A stretch of DNA of 64,000 nt from Ascidiella aspersa. Its lineage: Eukaryota. The notes beneath the pieces are model-generated. The model saw only the letters and a list, made by a program, of their open reading frames with translations. It made no database searches and had not been told where the DNA came from. The translations under genes were made by a program, and so were the position numbers. The stretch covers positions 10,106,001 through 10,170,000 of the forward strand of contig OZ004610.1 in assembly GCA_963924565.1 (NCBI GenBank), read 5' to 3'. This document shows, piece after piece, positions 13,556-25,800 of the stretch. The stretch's first letter is position 1; every line of letters starts with the position of its first letter.

Positions 13556-13833
13556 TCAAATGTACTCCATGCGCTTTACCGGCTTCTGGTCCCGGCTGGG
13601 ATAGCTGGTGCGCAGTGGGTAAGAGGCCACGCCGTATTTGTCGGCCTCCTCTTTCGGGCCCGGCATGCAGACGCACATCAGCCCCGTGACGAAACACAGA
13701 AGGCTGCTGACGTAGCCCAGGTAGGTGGTGGCACCCAGCTCGTAGCGAATCATGTTGTCCTGATTGGCGAACGAGAAGAATTCGTACACCACCATGCTCG
13801 TGTACCAAGCCACCGACGCCAGCACCAGCGCTC
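13556..13833 (-). CDS. CLDN: Claudin constant exon C2 (TM3 end, ECL2, TM4, tail ending EYI)
   Basis: Acceptor ttttattag; V.WYT..VV.EFF and RYELGA..YLG motifs of classic claudins; C-terminal PDZ-ligand-like YI. Confidence 0.92.
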
Positions 13834-16800
13834 CTAATAAAAGTCCAAACAAATCAAAAATCCAACCCTTAAGAGACGTCTCTTGTTGAAGCCACGTTGA
13901 ATAATAGCGCCTTTTTGATTTATGCAGCTTCAGACATTAACGCTCGATATGGAAAAAACGATTTCCACATGATGCGCACATTAATTAAAATGGAACGCAC
14001 AAACACTTTACCGTAGTTATTATTTTGTTTTAACCGCAATGCGGTATATTGTTGTTATTGCTTGTCTTTAATTAAAAATACTTGAGCAATTCTATATCAT
14101 GTTAATGGAGTTCACCGTATTGTTTCATTCATATAGAGATACAGTTTTGTACTGCCTAAGAGCTGAGCCGAACAATGCGCCCTGAAATGCTAAATATTAA
14201 CAAAACTATAAGCCATTTGTCATCAGTGGACTTGACACTTAATCTAAGTAAACAACAGAGTATTTTCTTTCCAGCAATATTTTACGAACTTATTGATGTA
14301 CGCCGAACCGACGAAGCGTTGTGGGAGAAATACAAGACGCCGGCTCCACTTGGCACAGTGCCCCTACCCACTTGCCGTTCGTGATCAAAGCTAACCCCAC
14401 CTAAACCCTATTTTCTAACAACACGCTTTGTTTTTCTCGGTTCGGTTCACCTTCGGTTGAAGTCTCCCGCCCTTAAAAAAAAATTTGGCTATTCGGCAAA
14501 AAAAAAATTGCGCAACAGTTTGCACGTTATTGGCGCCAGACGAATTTAAATCTGAAGGTGGAAAAGCTTTAGAAAATAATGCAGCACTTCACACCACTGC
14601 AAAAGTGTAAATACCAAAATAATGACGCATCCTACACCTTTTGTCCATTTTATTTATTTATTGTCGCAAATGCTATATTTTACTATCCAAAATATTAGCC
14701 ATTTTTTAATAAAGAATTTTTTTATGTAAAATGCCCAAACAAATTTACAGAAGCGAGACGAGCAAATGCATATCTCTAAAAGAGATGTTTTGACAAAAGA
14801 GATGTTTTGACAAAATATACGTTTTGTCGTAACTACGTATATTTTTTGTTCGTCTGAAGATGACCTTTATACGTAATGATTGTGCGCCAAGTTTTGGGCT
14901 AGTCCATGTTAAGTTGTTAAAAAAATCAAGCTCAAATCTGAACTTTTTTGCAGTGTTGAAGTTTAATTAACACTGCGAGTTATACCTTGACTTTTTTAAA
15001 CTTTTTATTTTACAAGTTAATGCGTATATTTGTTAGATTCCAAACAACTATTTTGCGTTATATTTGTGTAAGGTCATTACAATACTAACAACGGGGTTAT
15101 TGCAAAACTCTTACCGATTTAGGGAACACACAATAAGACCTAAAAACAACAATATCTCAATCAGAAAAAACCTATATACCATAGTATTAAGACCAGAAAC
15201 GACTTAATAAAGCCAAATACACAGTGATATCCAGTACAGAATAAGATCGAAATCGTCTCAATGATATTTAAATCTGACGAAATACGCCGTAAATCTATCG
15301 GAAGAAGGCCTACGGCCAAAATAACGCCTGAAACTATAAGTAGGGGGTATTGGATAAATGGGGGCCGTCGGTCTGGCACCGACCGTTCTGGTGTCGACGT
15401 TAGGACGCCCTAATTTGACCGGCGCCATTAGGGGGCCGCTATTTTAACACCGGATTTTGGGCCTCGCGTAGGTTTATTGGTGGGTAATGAGTGGGGTTAA
15501 AAAAATGTAGCGTTAAAGTTATTAGGGGAGTTAGTGATGTACATAGGGGTTAGGTTTGGGTCTATGTAAAGTGTTGCTTAGACCAGATTCTGACCATATA
15601 GGCCTTATTCCGACGGGTTTAGGACTTATTCCGATTTGGACTGTACTACGACTATTGGGTGTTAATCCTATTTTATTTTTATTCGTAACTGTGTTTATTC
15701 CAACGTTACCGTTGTTATTATTTCGGTCTTATGGCTGGGGTCCGCATTTCGCAACTGCAGATAACCCAAGCCGATGCCTTACAAATATAATAAGAAGTTA
15801 AATCACAGATTTCGTACCGTGTCAATAATAATAGATAAAGTGCGATTTAAAAACAAAAAGTATTAACAATTTACCACCAATGAAGAACATGATCCCGCTG
15901 GTGATCATCAATTTCCTCTTTTTATTGGGCGTTTCCTCGAGCAACCTTGAGCACTGAAGACCGACAAGCACGAAACAGCACCCGACAAACGTCAAGATTA
16001 TCGCAATGCACATCATGCCGCGAATCGCGTTCAGGTACGCTGAAACAAGAAACCAAACCTTATTTGATGCGATACTTGTAGATAAATTGCACAGTAGATG
16101 GGCCTGTAAGAAAAATAATAAGTGGTCTTATTTGCTTTTAATTTCTTTAGTTGTCCTAATCGACCCGCTGCTTAACAACCGATAAAACTGTGGCACCGGC
16201 AAAGATTCATATTTTTGCACCGACAAAATCTTGATCAAAGTTGACAGCTCTTTAAACAAAATCTACTAAGAGATTTTTTGCGTGCATTTTCTGATCGAGT
16301 TCCAGAAGCTTCTCCCGGATTAACTTTCATTCCAATTACCGTCTTCGAGAAACATGGAGGCCTGTTCCTCGCAAAAGTACTGGCCGGCATAGACCTGCAT
16401 GCACTCTGCCCAGATGCCCTTCCAGTTCCAAGTCGGGCCCATCATCGTGGAAGATGCGGCCCCGTTCATGACCCACTGGTTCCAAAATGTCGTCGCGATT
16501 ACTGTGGATGACGACAACGCTGCTCCGAGAAAACACCCTACCTGACCGTACATTGCGACGCGACTATATCACAGCTTTGCGAAAAAAATTTGCTGCGGCT
16601 TATGTCCTGCCTGATCAAAAGATTTGTATTTAAAGGCTTTAATATATATAGCGGATTTTTTTGTTAGTGATCAGATTGTTTTAGTTCGCGTATTTTCGTT
16701 GTCGTTTATATTACTTTATTTTAAAGCAAATTTTAGTGAAACATGTTAAATATTTTTTTTCCCGTTAAGTGTTTTACACATGTTTTTTTCCTTATCTACT

Positions 16801-19800
16801 CATCTTAAACAATTTATATCCACAACAACTTTTCTGCCAATTGCGCATTTAGGTGCGTAACAAACTAACCACGAAGTAGCAGATCTCGTGCGGTTTTGGT
16901 GTTTTTTTCTGTTCAAAGCCCGTTTTTCTCGCCACCAAGCGTTTAAACCTATTTTCACACTGTTTGACTTATTTGCTTAACTTTGTTGGTTGATATTCTA
17001 TCAGTTTGAGTGGAAATTTTGAAACATCTATATTCTTTTATATGTGATGTCATCGTTTTTATCAATGCGCTCCTATTTTATGAAAAGCGGCAATATAATT
17101 AAAAAGATTAAATTTAGAATCAAATAAAAAAACTGAATTTCGATTGGCGGAGAATATCAGCAGTTAGCCTTAACGTTGTAAAGCATCATTGTTTGGAATA
17201 TAAAATCTCTTTCAAGCTTTGTGTTGGCTATTAAAAATGTTCTTCTTATGCCCCCGTTTTAGTCAGGACAGTCCCGATTTTTAGGGCATCGCCACGGCGT
17301 TCCGATTAGTCAATGTCACGTTTTTAGTCAGCCAGCATTTTCCTTATAGGAAACTAGATACGGGTAATAGACCTTGCGGTCGTGATTGGTCTGTTTTGCT
17401 AACTTTTTATGAGCAATAGCCTACATGTGCGATTTTATTTCCTTTAAATGTAAATGTAATTTCTATGTTTCTAAATAGCGTGTATTTGGTGTTTTGGTCC
17501 AGCGGTGGGTTGATTGTTAGCGCATTAGCTATTTCAGAAAAAATATGCCAAGAAATGTTATTGTAGCAAGAAGTTACAATCGAGCTTAAAAGTCAAAATC
17601 GAAAAAAAAAATGTTGCTTTCGGTGTTTGGCAGCATCCTGACCCAAAAATATGGCATCCCATTAGCATAATTAAACGTTTAACGACTAACGTACACGGCG
17701 GTCTAAATAGAAAAGCATGGCCAAAAATAGAATTAGGTTTATAACTTTACGAGCAGAAAATCAAAAGCATGAAAAATATAATTGCGTTTTTGTGATTAAT
17801 TACACCTATGTACGATATTATGTTATGCACCAAATTCACACTTTTTTCGAGTGTATAAATGTGTTTGGATGTTACGTGTTGCGTATAACAAAATCCCACT
17901 CCCCTTTACAAATATTTCCACTCGAAACGGCATAATCGTCGCCAAGCGGCGCCTTGGTAAACAACGGTTGAAATCGCTGGTGCGCATCGAGCGAAGCGTT
18001 AAAGTTGTTTGCTTAATGTTAGTAGTGATGTTAGTGAAGCCGTTTAATCTGATAAATCTTATAAATTCAAACTGGCAAGGCCCAGTGATTAATAAAAACA
18101 ACCTCTCTAGACCTTGGTTAAGTAGGTGGTTTATGTTGTTTGTAACTTATTTTTTTTTGTTAATGGAAACCAGTATTTTTTTTCTAAAATTATGATTGAA
18201 ATCTAGCGTCAGTCGTCAGTTCAGCAGAACTCTTGGGAGGAAAGGTTTAATATTGTTTCTTCAGACAAAATTAATTTACTATGTATTAGAAACTTGCTTG
18301 TAATTTAACTTAAGCGTTCAACTTTGTTGAATTTATGAACATTAAAGTTGGTGTGAACGCTGTTTTATTTTTTAGATTTTGTTACACATGGTAAAAATAA
18401 CCTTTTGAAAAATGGCACTGAACATGGCGCAACAACCTGTATCCCATTTCAAACATAAACCACTCAACCGAAAACAGGAATCCAAAATGGTCAAACAGCG
18501 TAATGTTGTGGAATACCAGAGCAGCGATGAAAGTGGCGACACTTACTCTGATTCAGAATACAGTGAATTTTCTGATGACCTCGATCCACCATGGACTGAA
18601 GAACCAATGAGGACTGGAGAGTTGTTTTATATTGAAGATAATCAGCCCACTAGTGATCTTCCAGAAGGTTCCTACTCTGCAAATGCTCAACAAGATGAAA
18701 GTAATTTAACCAGGGCATTTTACAATGTGTATGTCAGAATAGATGCTTCTGCCTATCTGAGAAAACCTCCGACTCATTTACTTGCAAGTATGTTGGGGAT
18801 CATTACGCTGGAAGGAAAAATTCCTAGCAGACAAATGCACCAAAAAGTAGTTGTTGACGCTTTGGTACCTGGCGGTTTGGCACTTAGAACTGGACAAATA
18901 AAAGTTGGTGATATTTTGATTGCCATCAACGATGTCGCAGTGACCACTGTTAACATTGAACACTTCTTGCGCAGTTTTCCTCAACCATCCAAAGTCAAAC
19001 TAACACTTGAAAACTCGCAAAATGAATTTCCTTTGCAAAATTTAAGTAAGATGAAGGCTACTGATCAATTAATCAATAGCTCTGTTCAACTTTTAAGTCC
19101 TAACAAAATAGCCATCAAACACAAAAGTTCACTGTCTGGGCCAAACGGTGTATTTTTTCTCACATTAAATATAAGATCGGATACAGCAGGTGAAAATGAT
19201 GATGTTTTATACTCCTTTTCACCTCTTGAATCATCAGCCCTACCATCCAAGCTTGCCCTTATAAGAGGTATGTTTGTCACTCTGGCTGATTCAATTGAGG
19301 ACACATTTGCATGTGCTGTGAAAAGCTCAACTTTGGTTGTTGAGGAAAAACTTGTACATTGTGTTTACCACCATGTGGACACCGAGGTTTTTGTTTTATG
19401 TTTTCCAGCTGATGACTATTCACTACCAAGGGCACACCATACAATGGCGGATACAGTTCGTCTTCTTAGCGTCATGTATGGGTCTGTGCTGCAGGCATTT
19501 CAACCAGAAAACAAACAGAGACTGGACCATTTGTTTCAGTTTTTGCTAACATTAAATGCATCGGCAGCCAACATGTTCCAATCAATGTCAAACACTTGGA
19601 AATTTCCTGGCATAGAATTTTTGTCACTTCCCAAAGATTTACATGCACATGCCAACTTTGCCTTGGCTGAATTAGAAGCTTGCGATTTTGATGATGGTAC
19701 AAGTGGCAGGAACTACACTAGACGTTTATACACTATCAGGGGATCATGTGTGTTCTATGATGGCTACATACTAGCCACACACCTACCTCCCGAGGATTTA

Positions 19801-22800
19801 AAGGACATTGCTTTGTTTAGTTACAACCATTCACTTCTTTGTGAAAGTAATAAAGAGAGAATAGGTCTTCTTTTAATTTGGCGTGAAGTTTTTCCCTGGA
19901 GTAAAAGAGTAGCAGCGACAAAGGGAGACTACCTGCCGGCAAATGGAAGATATTTTTGGATGTTTGTAGGTTTAAAACACAGCCTTCTGTGTGTTTTGTT
20001 ACAAATGAATGGCAACCTTTTTCCAGACTCTCACACTCCAAGACCAGATCCAATGTATGTGAGCAAGGCTCGTGCTACGTTGCTTAACTTGGACACTCAG
20101 CGATTTCAAGAATATGTTAAAAAGCGTTTGGAGTGCCCATCCCACCCTTGTCTGGTACAATCAGATCATTTTTTATCCCAGGGCACTTCCGGATTAGGGC
20201 AGCTGTTCAAAGGTGCCAAACCACCTAGTGGAATGAAGCCAGACCGAAGTCAGAAGTTTCCATTTAGCTCACCATTAAAATCAAAGAAATCTGTTGACGG
20301 CGAGCCTTCCCCAAAGCTACAAGTCAAGTCACAAAAAGACATAGCAATTGGCGAAAAAACTCCACCCATGTCTGTGAGGAGCCTGTTTCGAGAGAAATCT
20401 TTTAGCTCTCAGGGTTCCACAGAAAGTGGTAAGTCAACCAAAGCAAATGTGGCCTCAGCATATTCGTTAAATGATATCAGGGATGTTATAGAAGATGTTG
20501 ACATGAGCGAAATACAGCCCTACAAGCAACTTACTATTGGAGTTGAAAATGCACTTTTTTGTTACCTATCTTTTGACAAATTACAAGGAACTTTGATTGT
20601 ACCAACTGCTAATGACTTGCAAACTATAAACTCTGCATTACACAGGGAAATTGTTTCCAACTTTAAATTACATTGCATGGTCCTACATCAAAGATTTTCG
20701 TGCTGCAGACCAGACAGTGACCATTGTACTGAAGAAGGAATTCTTTTTCAGTGTCACAGGCCAACTACACAAAATAATTATAAGAACAAACCTCCGTTTT
20801 TACAGTATTGGGTAATCGGCCGTTGTGTGCAAAAACCTGTTCAGAAGGAAATTTATGTGTGTTTTCATAATTCGGCATCTCAAAACATGGTTGAGCTTGC
20901 GTTTAAAATGATGTGAAATTATTTGCTAATTTGAAATCTACCTAACTGCTAAGTAATCTTTTTGACCATTGTGTTCATTTGTTGGTACCAAAAAACTGTA
21001 TTATTTTTTACGTGTAATTCATTTCTTTCCCTTGTTTTAATTCCAATGCAATAGTTTCATATATTTTTTAAACAGTTTGAATGCTTTGTACAAGTTAAAA
21101 TTAATTTTTTGCCAAGTTATTAATAGTTCAGTAACAACTCAGTGACGCTGCACTCTTGTTTTTTTTGTGTCGTTCGTGATACTGATTGCATATATTTTAT
21201 TTTTGATTTTCTGCAGTATTTTCTTTCTTGCAAGTATTTTTAAACATTGTTTTCAAAGATAAGCGCTATTAAAGTAAAATAACGTTTCGTAAAGCGACTG
21301 TAGTTATTAGCCTAACTAATCGCCTGTCGTTAAAGACGCAAAATGCGTGAACACTACCAATTATCTTTGCAACCGTAGTTTTAGACAATGGTTGAAACTC
21401 TCACCTTCATGAAATATCAACAATTTACATATTACAACAGGATTCGAACTAGGCCTATTAAAACGAAATAATTTTTTGTAGTTTAAACACCCTGTTAGTG
21501 TAGGCTTTCAAGAGCTGCAGGTTTGTATCAGCTACAAACTTAGAATAGGAATAAACTCATCAAGCCTTTTCTTCATTTTGTCAATATTTAAACGCATTTA
21601 TCGAACAAAATCAACAGTCAAACGCCAGCCAGACTGCAACAGTGCAACCTGTTAAAAATCGTTTCATAAGGGATGATGAAAAAAAAGTCGACAACACAAC
21701 ACGTTTAGAATCCGTGAAAAAATAATAAAAAAAAAAAAATTCCTTAAACTTTATTCTATTTTCCTTAAACATTTTAACGAAATGCTGTTTCGCAGCGTCC
21801 AGGCTTACGTTAGCCATAGATTTATTCGGAAACTCACTGCAGGAAATTTTTTTTATTCACTTTGCTTGCTGATAAAAAAAAATAGCATTTTAGGTGATAA
21901 ACATACCTTTAAACACCCGATCCGTCAGAAATCAGTGCATATCTAAGCAAAAAGGTCTATGACAATCAGCGCATCCTAAGGCAGAAAAGTCTAGACTTTT
22001 AGACCTTGAGGTCTTGGACAATGCACTGATTGTGAGCCCTATGCAGATTTGGTTTGTAAGCGTTCACCCCATCCGTCAGAAATCAGTGCAGTTCTAAGCA
22101 AAAAGGTATACGACAATCAGTGCATTCAAAGGATCAAAAAGTCCGACTTTTAGGTCTTGGACAATGCACTAATTTGCATTAACAAATGTGCATAAGAAGA
22201 TTAAGTTTAACAATACTTGACCCAACCAAACCCAAACGCTAACCAGCGCCCTAACCCAAATAATGTGCGATAATTTAATAATTATAACGCTTCAGGCCCC
22301 AATACCTCAATTTGTGATGTAATAATCTTAAATGCAATTGACGAGAAACCATCTTATGCCCATCCGAGTTTGGGCTTTTTTCCCCAGCATTTAAAGAATT
22401 ATTAAAATAACGCACATTATTTGGGTTAGGATTCGGGTTAGCGTTAGGGTTTAGGTGGGTCAAGTGTTATTAATCCTATCTCATACTTTTTGTTATCTTT
22501 TCTGAACTTTTAATGAATATTTTTAATTAATCTACGCCGGGAGTTTACCTAAAGATCCAAATCAGTGCATTGCCAGGACCTCAAGGTCTAAAAGTCTAGA
22601 CTTTTCTGCCATTGGATGCCCTGATTGTCGTAGACCTTTTTGCTTAGAAATGCACTGATTTCTAACGGATCGGGTGCTTTAAAGGTGGATAAGTTACTTA
22701 TACAACACAGTTTTAAATTTTCCGGCAAATCTATTTAAAACTGTGATTGAGGTTATAATGACAACCTTTCGGTCTTTTACGTTGTGTTTTTTTCAGTTGA

Positions 22801-25800
22801 GTTTGAGTGGCGGAAATTTGATTTTTGGTTTAGGCATAGCCTATAGCGCTTTTCAATCATCCCAGCAAAATCATGTGGTTTGTGTGTTACCGACGACAGG
22901 ACAAGTAGGCTACATATCACCGGGACTGCAGTAAGGTTAAAATGATTCTAAGCGTAATATTTCGTTTTTCAAGTCAAAAGATTAAATTTACCCTTTTCTT
23001 CAATCTTTTAACGTGGGCAAGAGGGGGTTCTTCGAGTTGTTGTGTTGTATAGCATCTTGTGCAATTTACATTGATTTAACCCAATATTAAAACCACACAT
23101 TTCGAGTCACCGAGTTAATCACGACTTACATTCATTGAGGCAAGCCGATCGGTATTGCTGTTTGCTATCGGTCGTTCACCTTTCTGTAGGCAACATGCAC
23201 TAAACATGTGTCAATGTACCCGCATGTACATAATCCTAACAGTGTCATGTTGTTGAATTATTTGCCATTCACGACAGATTTGTAAGGTCTGGTTTAAAGT
23301 ATTGGGGCCCGGGTATAATTTTTTATCTATAATCGGGCACTCGGTTACAAATTGTTTCAGACATATAGTTGGTAAAGTCAGTTTAAATAATGTTTACTGT
23401 TCTAATGTTTTCTACCGTGTTTACAAAAAATCCCGCGTTGCACATGTTTTAGGACTGTTGAAATATAACTATTTTGAATCTCTTGAAAGCTAAGATATTA
23501 TAAAAATTACTTTGCAAACAATTGTTTGGCTATTTTCGCCATATCTTTGCCGCAGCTTATTGCCTGTAAAAAATATTCAGTCAGAAAACAATGACTCACA
23601 GTAGTGTTTTACAATTGCCCAAATATGTTACCATTATGGCTATAGACCTATAAATGAAAACCTACCAGGGAAATTGATCCAATCAATGACCAAATTTTCT
23701 AACGCAAAATAGTTCCCAATGCAGGAAACACCCGTTGCCAAGGAAGACAAAAATCCCAGAATAAGGCTGGCTATTTGACAATACATTTGTAGAGTCTGTA
23801 AATACTGAAGTAAAATAAGCATTGTGTTTTAACATTTTCTTGCACATGGACCAAATAGGCTAAACAGACCAGTGTATTTATGCCAACATATCGCAATCTA
23901 AAGTCAACCAGTAAGGATATAGAAAGCCGCGGCGCGATAAAACAAGGGCATTGGACAATTTCCAACAAAGCAAAATCAGACAAACTTGTTATCTTGCATA
24001 TTATAGACTCTGCGACACAATGTAAACCTACGACACTTTTAAGGCTTACATATTTTTTTAAGAAGCTCACGAAACTTCCCAATTGTAAGATAAGGGGAAT
24101 ATAAAACGTTATATTTCGGAGCTTTGGAGCAACTAACAATCAAATAATGCATTTTAGGGGTGCCGCCGATTTTTTAGGTTTCGTGTCGGGGAAACTGTTT
24201 TAGAGCCCGAAACAAAACTCCACGAATCACAGGCTATATATGCTACTCTTCTGGTGTAGGATGATTTTATTTTTTCCCTGAGGAAATGTTAACTCTTTCA
24301 AAACAACATTTTATCTTCACATAAAACCTGTCTTTTGCGCAACTACGTGTAAAACTTCTGTTTTAATTCTGTTCTGTAGAATCCATATCTCGTCAGCTTT
24401 TCATTTGCAACAGTTGCGGTATCGGTTAAGAGGTCGCAAAACTCTGCCAACCGCAGGCACCAACAGGTGTAGATGTAGCCACTCTGACGCGCCTGACAAC
24501 AGATTGCGCTGTATGTGTTGTCAAAACTAAATGATATCTACTGCAGTAAGACTTTATGTTATGTTGTCCAAATATGTTATGTATGTTATGTTGTCCAGAG
24601 CAATATAATCAAAGTATTCCAGCCAATCTACAAAACATGTTTTCTCAGGTCAAACTTACATCATCTTTCTAAATCTAAACGGACGCTCTCTTCCATTTAT
24701 CATATACGGTACTTTACAAGTTTAGAGCCACAAGCAAACATTTATATCTGAACACAATAATTACACAAACAACACTAGTTCAATTTTTTTTTTGGCATGT
24801 AATGCTTACAAAAATTAGACATGCCATGAGCTAAGTTATGTTTTTTATGTTAGTGTAACGGTTTTAAAGGTAAAATTATGCATAGGTTGCTGGCAAAATT
24901 TTATACTGATAAATATGGACAGGAGTGCGGAAGCTGGAATCAGCATCGGGCCGTCCCAGGAAAAGTAGATATATTTCATTTATGTAGATACGTAGATTGT
25001 AAATAAAAAGATTTGCCAATTTTAACTAAACATACGCATATTTTTCGCTATTTGAGTGTAATTTTGCCCAATTACAATTGCACGAATCAAGGTTCGCCCC
25101 AGATGAAGAGTTACTACATAAAAGTGCTTAAAAGAGTTTTATCGTGTGTCGCCAAATCTGTTCTTACTTTAAGGTTATTTTTCGACAATTGATTAACAAG
25201 TAGAATTTTTAGAAATGCGGCTGGTTTCGCTTCTTCTGTATTGCTAAATTTTTGTTTATAACTTTTTGTTTATTCATCAAGCTATTTTTGTTTACAAAAT
25301 TTTTGTTAGGCAAATAATACACGGCAACCCCCAGACAAAACATGGCTACCCACAGGTTGGAAATCAGTTTACTAAAATCATTTTGGCGCCTAAATTAGCG
25401 CCCCCAGTTTAAAGTATACTGTTTATTTATAAAAATCAGCAAGCCCTGTTTTTATATCGATTGAATGCTACCTATACACTAACAATATTTCATACTTTTT
25501 CTTGACAGCGTGACCAAATAAACAAAAAATAATTTGAATTTTTTTGTTTAATAAAAAAACTCAAATTTGCTATCGATCGCATTAGTTGTTTTTTTACAGC
25601 AAACCAGAATAGATATTTAACTGATGCGTTCAACAGACCAAGCAGGGAAATCTCAGTGCTGTATTCTTCATCAGGTATAATTTTACTCGTGATTTTTTTC
25701 AATGATTTTGGCAAGTATAGAGCAAACAAAAGTAACGGTTTGTTTAAGTCAGGTTGATTCACGTTTGAAGCCATACACCTACCAGGCAGATCCATCAAAG

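Noticed and set aside
14854-14880. ctgaagatg as another hammerhead core
   Set aside because: No stem II or GAAA box follows.
22797-22934. Exon-like + strand segment LSLSGGNLIFGLGIAYSAFQSSQ, loosely resembling TMEM14
   Set aside because: Short, subjective similarity; no flanking exons or compatible frame found. A tblastn/HMM search would settle it.
25490-25782. C-terminal half of the 169-aa ORF containing V2
   Set aside because: Read-through past a good donor into AT-rich intron; no claudin TM2-TM4 similarity.
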